A program made the translations under genes and the position numbers. Under the pieces are notes generated by a model, which saw only the letters and a program-made list of their open reading frames with translations, was not told the origin of the DNA and ran no database searches. A stretch of 40,569 nt of DNA from a virus. Lineage: Duplodnaviria > Caudoviricetes. Below are positions 34,811 to 40,569 of the stretch, in pieces (position 1 is the stretch's first letter; each line of letters starts with the position of its first letter). Where the stretch lies: IMG/VR virus record IMGVR_UViG_3300049982_000268, positions 1-40,569 of that record; one strand, given 5' to 3'.

Positions 34811-35130
34811 CAGCTGCCTCCGTTTAACCAGCTGGCTGGGATCGGGTCGGGGAACGAGATGTTGCGCAGCTCGATGCGCTCGCCCGGCGGTGGCTCAGCG
34901 GCGGGCTCGTCGAACTCGGCCATGAACCGCAGACCGACCAGGCTGGCCACGTTCGCCGAGCTGTAGTCCTCCGGCGCCCAGGCCATGAACTCCATGAGCG
35001 GGTCACCGGAGGTCAGGAAGGCCCGACGGGACCCGGGCGTGGTGCACCAGACGTGCACGCGCGAGGTGTCCTCACAGTCCAGCCGCAGGCCGTCCAGCTC
35101 GGCGTCGAGGATCCGGATCACGGTACGCAT
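34810..35130 (-). CDS. Hypothetical protein
   Basis: MRTVIRIL..., TGATG coupled. Confidence 0.6.
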   Translation of the reverse strand: MRTVIRILDAELDGLRLDCEDTSRVHVWCTTPGSRRAFLTSGDPLMEFMAWAPEDYSSANVASLVGLRFMAEFDEPAAEPPPGERIELRNISFPDPIPASWLNGGS

Positions 35131-35498
35131 CAGAACCATTCCCCGTATGAGACCTCGTCCGGCCCGGCCTGCTGCTTGTGGCTGTCGGGGTACTCGATGC
35201 TCTGGCGCCGCTGACCGCGCAGGCTCTCGACCTCGGCGAAGAAGGTCTCCAGGGTGTAGTCCTGGTACCACTCGTCCTTGATCGAGCCGCCCTCGGCGAC
35301 CTCACAGGTGAGGAAGTCGCGCCACGACTCGGCTCCGTAGAGCGGGTTGCCGCTGGGGGAGTCGGCGGCGGTGAAACCCTGCCATGTGAACACCCAGCCG
35401 CCCGAGCGCTTGCCGATGTGGATGCTGCCCGCCTGCCGGGGGCGGCCGCACTCGCCGCAGTTCTGCGGGTCGCGGTGCAGGTAGAAGTTGGTGGACAT
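35130..35498 (-). CDS. Conserved phage protein
   Basis: MSTNFYL...CGECG...IHIGKRSGGWVF...IKDE. Confidence 0.75.
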   Translation of the reverse strand: MSTNFYLHRDPQNCGECGRPRQAGSIHIGKRSGGWVFTWQGFTAADSPSGNPLYGAESWRDFLTCEVAEGGSIKDEWYQDYTLETFFAEVESLRGQRRQSIEYPDSHKQQAGPDEVSYGEWF

Positions 35499-35500
35499 GA

Positions 35501-36223
35501 TCAGCTCACCGCGCTCAGGTCGAGGAAGTAGGCGCGCACGCCGACCAGCCAGTTCTGGGCGAGTCGCTCGTCCACGATCATCGGCAACGCCGGGCGGTAG
35601 CTGTCGAAGATGTGCTCGGCGGTCGCGAGCTTCTCCCGGGCGACGCGCAGGCCCTCGTTCGGGTCGTCCAGCACCAGCTGGCCGAAGGCGTGGTACTCCT
35701 CCGGATTGGTCAGCCGGACGCTCATCTCGCCCCGGACGAACAGCTCGGTGCCCTGGGTCAGCAGGCGCATCAGGTGCCGGGCGTGCTTGGCCACCCGGTT
35801 CTTCGTGTCCGAGGAGAACGTCCCGTCGCCGCGCCGCTCCATCTTCCGGAACTGGCTGGTGGCGTAGCCCAGGTAGGCGTTGCGCACCGCCGTGGCGCCG
35901 AGCAGGTCGTGGCGCAGGCTGATCAACTCGTCGCCGAACAGCCGGAACTTCTCGGTGTAGCAGTCCTCGGGCAGCCACAGCAGCTCGGTGACCGTCGGGT
36001 TGGCCTTCAGCGCCAGCGCGAGGTACTTGCCGATCTCGTGGACGGTGATGTCGGGGTCGGTGCGCACGTCGCTGGCGGTCTTGTCGCGCGGCGGGTGCAA
36101 GCCGAGGACGTCCCGGGTCGGCGCGATGGCCACCGAGAGGGTGTCCACGTCGGACTCGGGGGTCGCCAGCCCGTAGGCGGTCGAGCCCACGGTGCCGGTG
36201 AGGATCGGGGTCCAGTTGTTCAC
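35501..36223 (-). CDS. Pol-beta superfamily nucleotidyltransferase (RlaP/YcgL-like)
   Basis: GSTAYGLATPESDVD signature; HEIGKY...KANPTVTELL; YLGYA; KHARHLMRLL. Confidence 0.88.
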   Translation of the reverse strand: MNNWTPILTGTVGSTAYGLATPESDVDTLSVAIAPTRDVLGLHPPRDKTASDVRTDPDITVHEIGKYLALALKANPTVTELLWLPEDCYTEKFRLFGDELISLRHDLLGATAVRNAYLGYATSQFRKMERRGDGTFSSDTKNRVAKHARHLMRLLTQGTELFVRGEMSVRLTNPEEYHAFGQLVLDDPNEGLRVAREKLATAEHIFDSYRPALPMIVDERLAQNWLVGVRAYFLDLSAVS

Positions 36224-36333
36224 TTTCGCCTCCAGGGGCGGGTCACGAGTACGGCGATGAGAAAGATCAGGCTCATCGCCACCAACACCACGAGGGCGAA
36301 GTTGAGGATGAGCCTGATCGCCGGGTCGGTCAC
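36220..36333 (-). CDS. 37-aa single-TM protein
   Basis: Manually translated VTDPAIRLILNFALVVLVAMSLIFLIAVLVTRPWRRK; GTGA coupling at both ends. Confidence 0.65.
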   Translation of the reverse strand: MTDPAIRLILNFALVVLVAMSLIFLIAVLVTRPWRRK

Positions 36334-36491
36334 TCCCCGCCCCGGCGCAGGGCCCGGCGGGCCTGAGCGCAGGAGCGGCGGGCAACGCGGCGCTTGATCG
36401 CCCGGCGCTCGCCGGGGCGGAAGCTGAGGTGCTTGTGCTCGGAGGTGAGCGCCTGGACCTCGTCACCGCTGATCATCGGAATGCTCTTCAT
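36330..36491 (-). CDS. Small basic phage protein (53 aa)
   Basis: Manually translated MKSIPMISGDEVQALTSEHKHLSFRPGERRAIKRRV...; start motif at 36499. Confidence 0.7.
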   Translation of the reverse strand: MKSIPMISGDEVQALTSEHKHLSFRPGERRAIKRRVARRSCAQARRALRRGGE

Positions 36492-36530
36492 CGCTGCTCC
36501 TCCGGTGCGGGGCTGGTGCCGATGAAGACG

Positions 36531-36559
36531 ATACTACTCGTTCGGGTAGGTTCGGGCAA
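36531..36559 (-). promoter_or_regulatory. Promoter with operator
   Basis: TTGCCC-N17-TAGTAT; TACTCGTTCGGGTA at 36535-36548. Confidence 0.7.
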
Positions 36560-36609
36560 GCCCTAGCTGGAGAATGGCTCGAATCCGAACAGGTGCGCCG
36601 CCATCCAGC

Positions 36610-36903
36610 TCACCGGGGCTTCCTCCGGCGGCCCAGCTCCTCCGCCACGTCGCCCAGGACCTGGTCCTGGAAGCCGCGCACCTGGTTCGCCAGCGGCGCC
36701 GTCTCGCGACGCTGCTCGGCGGTCGCGGGCACCGTCTCGTTGAAGTCGCAGCCCTTGGTCCGGCACATGCGGTACACCTTGCGGCCCATGTCGCAGGGCA
36801 GCTCGGCGAAGTCGTGCTGGTGGTCGGCCGGGAGACCGGGCGTCTCGGCCTTGACCTCCCGCTCCGGCCAGATCCAGCTCTTGAGCTTCTCGATCGGGTT
36901 CAT
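36610..36903 (-). CDS. Hypothetical protein
   Basis: MNPIEKLK..., ATGA coupled. Confidence 0.65.
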   Translation of the reverse strand: MNPIEKLKSWIWPEREVKAETPGLPADHQHDFAELPCDMGRKVYRMCRTKGCDFNETVPATAEQRRETAPLANQVRGFQDQVLGDVAEELGRRRKPR

Positions 36904-37235
36904 CCCTGCTCCTCTTCGTCGGTTTCGATCAGGGGTTCGTGGCAGCCGCCGCATCGGTGCGCGCGGCCGTCCTCGTCCACCGCCTCCGGGCCGTTGAAGA
37001 CCGGCTGCGGGACGCGCTGGCTGTCCTCGCGGTGCATCTCCAGGCCCTGCTCGGCGACCCAGATGGCAATCTCGCTCTCCATCACCGCGCCCGCCCGGAC
37101 GGGGCCGGTCGTGGCCATGCCCATCCTCTCCAGGGTGCAGCGTGGGCAGAGGATCTCGGCATCCCAGGCGTAGCCCACGATGTCGGTCGAGTGGCCGCCG
37201 TAGTGCTGGACGAAGCCGGTTCCGTTCCAGGGCAT
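36900..37235 (-). CDS. Hypothetical protein
   Basis: CPRC...CGGC; GAGGAGG RBS. Confidence 0.7.
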   Translation of the reverse strand: MPWNGTGFVQHYGGHSTDIVGYAWDAEILCPRCTLERMGMATTGPVRAGAVMESEIAIWVAEQGLEMHREDSQRVPQPVFNGPEAVDEDGRAHRCGGCHEPLIETDEEEQG

Positions 37236-37236
37236 C

Positions 37237-37395
37237 TCAGTCCTCCTCGGACCAGATCTCGGCGTCGCACCGGCGGCACGTCCACGGACCCTCCGGCGAG
37301 TCCTCGTAGTCGCGCGGGTCGATGTCGTGGTCGTAGGTGTCGCCGCAGATCTCCTGCTCGCGCTCGTCCTCGACGGGCTGCTGGGTGTCGCTCAT
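37237..37395 (-). CDS. Small acidic Zn-ribbon protein (52 aa)
   Basis: Manually translated MSDTQQPVEDEREQEICGDTYDHD...WTCRRCDAEIWSEED. Confidence 0.65.
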   Translation of the reverse strand: MSDTQQPVEDEREQEICGDTYDHDIDPRDYEDSPEGPWTCRRCDAEIWSEED

Positions 37396-37646
37396 TTCCC
37401 CTCCTCGGGAAGCTCGGGCACATACCCGGCGGTCAGGTCTTCTCCAGCTCGTTCGAGGGCGCCCAGTTCCATCAGCTCGGCCAAGGTGATCCGGAGTTTC
37501 CAGAACCCCTCGTGCTCGTAGCCCTCGGGCTGATGCTCGGACCAGTCGCCGATGCGGATGCTCTTGCCGTGGTCGTCCTCGACCTCGACGAAGCGGGGTC
37601 CCTCGGGGCCGGGGTGTCCGTCGAAGATGATGTTGATCGCACTCAT
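37392..37646 (-). CDS. Conserved small phage protein
   Basis: INIIFDGHPGPEGPRFVEVEDDHGKSIRIGDW...WKLRI. Confidence 0.8.
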   Translation of the reverse strand: MSAINIIFDGHPGPEGPRFVEVEDDHGKSIRIGDWSEHQPEGYEHEGFWKLRITLAELMELGALERAGEDLTAGYVPELPEEGK

Positions 37647-37668
37647 GATCGAGATCCTCTCAAGGCAA

Positions 37669-37701
37669 GAGCCGGGGTGACGGTGCGCGTCACCCCGGCT
37701 C
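37669..37701 (-). terminator. Hairpin terminator
   Basis: GAGCCGGGGTGA/TCACCCCGGCTC inverted repeat with a short T tail on the minus strand. Confidence 0.55.
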
Positions 37702-37704
37702 GGA

Positions 37705-38010
37705 TCAGCACCACTCGACGCGGCGGCCGTGCTCGGCGGCCCAGGCGGCCACCTCCTCCAGCTCCACCATCCGGATGCCGATGGACGGCTTCAGCACCTC
37801 ACGGTGCATGACGTCCTTGACGCCCCGGAGGACCTCGTCGGCGGGCAGGAACCCGGCCGGGGGCACGTCATTCTCGACGTAGCCGAGGAGACTGAGCAGC
37901 GTGCCCAGGGTGCTGCCGGAGCAGTTGAACTGCGGGACCTCACCCGAGCCGAAGAAGTACTCGTGCTTGTCAACGTTCTCGATGAACTCGGGACGGACGT
38001 CCATGCTCAT
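37705..38010 (-). CDS. Hypothetical protein
   Basis: Start motif at 38019-38030. Confidence 0.75.
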   Translation of the reverse strand: MSMDVRPEFIENVDKHEYFFGSGEVPQFNCSGSTLGTLLSLLGYVENDVPPAGFLPADEVLRGVKDVMHREVLKPSIGIRMVELEEVAAWAAEHGRRVEWC

Positions 38011-38049
38011 GATCTTGACCTCCGGTGCGGTCGGTTGGTGACGCATCCG

Positions 38050-38078
38050 ATGCTACCCGATCGGGTAGGGGATGTCTA
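38050..38078 (-). promoter_or_regulatory. Promoter with perfect palindromic operator (divergent region)
   Basis: TAGACA-N17-TAGCAT; CTACCCGATCGGGTAG is a perfect 16-bp palindrome at 38053-38068. Confidence 0.75.
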
Positions 38079-38146
38079 CCCGGGCGATCACCGGATATGG
38101 TGGCGACGTTCGAGCATCGCTCAGGAACCGAGGGGGCAACGCCAGC

Positions 38147-38680
38147 ATGGTGAACCCGGAACGGGCGCTGGCCCTCACCGAGGCCGCACGACTGCACGCC
38201 GAGTCATTCGGTGATGTGCAGTTCGAGGAGGGGCGCCGCGAGGTCTTGAAGACCGCCACGGCCTTCTACTCCTTCCTCACCGGCCCGGCGTCGGCCGTTG
38301 TCGCATTCGGCCCCATCGTGAAGCAGAACACCCTGGAACCGACCGGAAAGGCTGGCAGCAAGATGGCCCAGATCCACGACGACGAAGAGTTCGACCTCAC
38401 GATCCCCAGCGTCGCCGACGCCAAGGGCGCCGAGATCCCGGACCGCGCGGACGACCTCACCGACGACCCGACGTTCGTCTCCAGCGACGAGTCCGTCTTC
38501 ACCTACCGGACCTTCACCGAGGACCCGCGCAAGGCCACCGTGGTCGCCGGAATGCCGGGCTCGGCGGTGGGCACCGTCACCATCGGCAGCGTCGTGGTGA
38601 CGCACGCGGTCGACGTGGTGCCGGGCGACGTCGCCACGGTCACCATCCAGGAAGGCGAAGTGCGCAAGCAGCAGGCCTGA
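38147..38680 (+). CDS. Only plus-strand gene; beta-rich (Ig-like?) C-terminal domain
   Basis: GC3-biased ORF in a minus-strand gap, bounded by a divergent intergenic region and a convergent terminator; FVSSDESV...ATVVAG.PGSAVGTVT. Confidence 0.75.
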   Translation: MVNPERALALTEAARLHAESFGDVQFEEGRREVLKTATAFYSFLTGPASAVVAFGPIVKQNTLEPTGKAGSKMAQIHDDEEFDLTIPSVADAKGAEIPDRADDLTDDPTFVSSDESVFTYRTFTEDPRKATVVAGMPGSAVGTVTIGSVVVTHAVDVVPGDVATVTIQEGEVRKQQA

Positions 38681-38720
38681 TAGGCTGCGGCCACTTCCTT
38701 TCGTGGTCGTGGCTGTACAG

Positions 38721-38785
38721 CAAGAAGAACCCCCGCCTGGAATGGTCACCGCGTTGCAGCGCGGGCCAGACGGGGGTTCTTCTTG
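38721..38785. terminator. Bidirectional terminator between convergent genes
   Basis: CAAGAAGAACCCCCG...CGGGGGTTCTTCTTG 15-bp inverted repeat. Confidence 0.75.
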
Positions 38786-38786
38786 T

Positions 38787-39140
38787 TCAGATCCACTCGA
38801 CGTCGTCCACGCACTCGCAGAGCCCGGCCAACCACGGCCCGGCGAACTCGTCGCCCAGCTCGTAGGCCAGCGCCAGCGCGTCGATCAGGCTCATCGCCTC
38901 GTCGTCGTTGAGGTCCAGGCTCTTGAGGTACTCGGGCCATAGGCTCTTGCACTCGACGCCCAGGCCGAAGTACGACTCGAACCAGGGCTTGCCGCCGAAC
39001 GAGGCCGTCTCCAGCGCGTTGGCCAGGTCCTGGCGGTCATTCCAGCCGAACTGGAAGTAGTGCCCCTCGCCGGGGTTGCTCAGCAGCGCGTCCTTGAGCG
39101 CCTGGACGCCCTCGGGGCTGCCGTAGGTGTAGTCGGTCAT
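38787..39140 (-). CDS. Hypothetical protein
   Basis: MTDYTYGS..., ATGA coupled. Confidence 0.7.
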   Translation of the reverse strand: MTDYTYGSPEGVQALKDALLSNPGEGHYFQFGWNDRQDLANALETASFGGKPWFESYFGLGVECKSLWPEYLKSLDLNDDEAMSLIDALALAYELGDEFAGPWLAGLCECVDDVEWI

Positions 39141-39580
39141 CCCAGCTCCGATCGGAGCATGACCTTCTGCTCGGCCAGCTTGGGCGCCAGCTCGACGATG
39201 CGCGGCCAGAGCCGGGTGACCGCCGCGCGCGCGTCCGCCGACGCCTGCTCGTAGGAGGCAAGGCCAGACACGCCCCGGCTCGCGGAGTGCCGGATCACCT
39301 CGTCGAAGTGGACCCGGTCGTCGTGATCGAAGTCCTGCACCGGCGCCCCCGTGCGCTCGCAGTGAATCAGGGAGGCCTGGGCCCCGGCCGCGAGGAAGAT
39401 CAGGTAGGCCGGGATCAGGCTGTCCGGCACGTCGTCCTGGCAGAGGGTCAGGCCGCCCCAGCCGGAGTCGACGGGGCTGAACTCGATGCCGTGGATGATC
39501 AGGCCCTGATCGATGCCCGCCAGAGCGTGGCCCAGCTCGTGGTAGGCCACGCTCTCGGCGTCCAGGACGGGAACGCTCAT
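39137..39580 (-). CDS. HEXXH metallopeptidase-like protein (FtsH M41 domain-like)
   Basis: AYHELGHALA...G...LAAGAQA...D pattern. Confidence 0.75.
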   Translation of the reverse strand: MSVPVLDAESVAYHELGHALAGIDQGLIIHGIEFSPVDSGWGGLTLCQDDVPDSLIPAYLIFLAAGAQASLIHCERTGAPVQDFDHDDRVHFDEVIRHSASRGVSGLASYEQASADARAAVTRLWPRIVELAPKLAEQKVMLRSELG

Positions 39581-40038
39581 CCGACCTTCTTCCCTGCCAT
39601 CCGCCGCTTCTCCAGCAGCATCGGCGTGAACGCGACGACGTCATCCCAGCGCGGCAGGATCAGGTGCCGGGCCTCCTCCATCGCCTGCTCCCACGTCGGG
39701 GCGTTCGGCATCACTTCGGCGTCCTCGCGGAACATGCTGTAATCCGACCCGGCCGTGAAGTCCACCGGCATGTCGTTCAGCTGGAACCAGTGTTCGGCAG
39801 CGGCCTGGCCACCGGCGGTCATGATCAGCATGCCCCGGTAGGTGTCCCAGGCGCCCGGCGCCGGGTTGTTGCCCGGCACCGGGTACATGAAGCTCTTCAG
39901 CTCGCAGTAGCCGCCGTTGACTTCACCAGACCACCAGGAGGTCATGATGCGGACGTCCCCCAGGGGAACATCCGTCTCCTGGCCCGCGATGATGTGACCC
40001 AGCTCGTGCGCGGCCACCAGCTCGTCCGGCCATTTCAT
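39577..40038 (-). CDS. HEXXH metallopeptidase-like protein (FtsH M41 domain-like), paralog
   Basis: AAHELGHIIA...GGYC...AGGQAAAE...AGSD. Confidence 0.78.
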   Translation of the reverse strand: MKWPDELVAAHELGHIIAGQETDVPLGDVRIMTSWWSGEVNGGYCELKSFMYPVPGNNPAPGAWDTYRGMLIMTAGGQAAAEHWFQLNDMPVDFTAGSDYSMFREDAEVMPNAPTWEQAMEEARHLILPRWDDVVAFTPMLLEKRRMAGKKVG

Positions 40039-40235
40039 CAGGACCCCCAGGAGTGTCGTACCGCACGCTGGCGCGCAACGGCGAGTTCAGCTCGCAGCAA
40101 CTTGATCTCGGTCTCGTAGACCCGTGCCGCGCGGTTGAACGCGGTATCCGCGTGTTCTGGCGGCATCTCGACGATCGGGCGCGGGTAGGTGAACTCATGG
40201 AACGCCTCGGCGCGGATGGCCAGCAGGTCCCTCAC
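40038..40235 (-). CDS. Small hypothetical protein
   Basis: VRDLLAIRAE...; coupled at both ends. Confidence 0.6.
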   Translation of the reverse strand: MRDLLAIRAEAFHEFTYPRPIVEMPPEHADTAFNRAARVYETEIKLLRAELAVARQRAVRHSWGS

Positions 40236-40450
40236 TGGTTCACCCCGATCACCAGGACGAACTCGCCCCGGTGGAACTCGGCGCGCACCGAGGCGACCGG
40301 CAGGTAGTTGCCGCCGAAGTCGACCATGACGCTCTTGCTCGGGTGCAGCCCCGAACCCCGGGCGATGTTCATGACGTCGTCGATGTCCATGCCCTTGGGC
40401 GCTTCCGGGCACCAGTTCTCGTGCGGGGTGGCGTGGCAGGTGCAGCTCAT
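40232..40450 (-). CDS. Hypothetical protein
   Basis: 72-aa ORF, ATGA coupled. Confidence 0.65.
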   Translation of the reverse strand: MSCTCHATPHENWCPEAPKGMDIDDVMNIARGSGLHPSKSVMVDFGGNYLPVASVRAEFHRGEFVLVIGVNQ

Positions 40451-40569
40451 TCGCCTTCACCCCGAGCCACATCGGAAGCGGCTCGCTGGGCCATGATCAT
40501 CCGTTCGGAAGCCTGGTGCTCGGGACTACCCACCTCGACCGGGCCGCCCGGCGACAGCGCGGCGTCCGC
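40447..40569 (-). CDS. 3' end of a gene entering from outside the window
   Basis: Open frame ...ERMIMAQRAASDVARGEGE* coupled to the next gene. Confidence 0.5.
   Translation of the reverse strand, partial: ADAALSPGGPVEVGSPEHQASERMIMAQRAASDVARGEGE

Noticed and set aside
36563-36613. 16-codon ORF VSWMAAHLFGFEPFSS coupled to the upstream stop
   Set aside because: Too short to support without conservation data.
16035-38068. Dispersed repeats as a CRISPR array or LexA boxes
   Set aside because: Not regularly spaced and no cas genes; the palindrome differs from the actinobacterial SOS box TCGAAC-N4-GTTCGA.

Overview
This window is a ~40.6-kb segment of a large, high-GC actinobacterial phage or prophage. 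Genes are densely packed and almost all on the minus strand. In transcription order (right to left), 14.2-40.6 kb is an early/accessory region of small genes. It includes a Thg1-like tRNA guanylyltransferase, an Rv2179c/RNase AS-like exoribonuclease, a pol-beta (RlaP-like) nucleotidyltransferase, a RapZ-C-terminal-like protein, ParB-like, LuxR, DUF397, PnuC-like and DUF4097 proteins, an HNH lipoprotein and two HEXXH peptidases. A ~1.9-kb non-coding block (23.3-25.1 kb) holds five canonical tRNAs interleaved with anticodon-less tRNA mimics and a repeated family of structured RNA modules. A virion head module follows (probable portal plus a 1189-aa polyvalent ParB-like/SWIM/NUDIX protein), then a membrane-protein/collagen-like cassette. 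Two unannotated motifs organise the early region: a palindromic operator TACCCG-NN-CGGGTA in the spacer of 10-11 sigma-70-type promoters, and a start-associated sequence CCGCAC(C/T)GGAGG (12 exact copies). All calls are by eye from sequence motifs; no database searches or folding programs were run.
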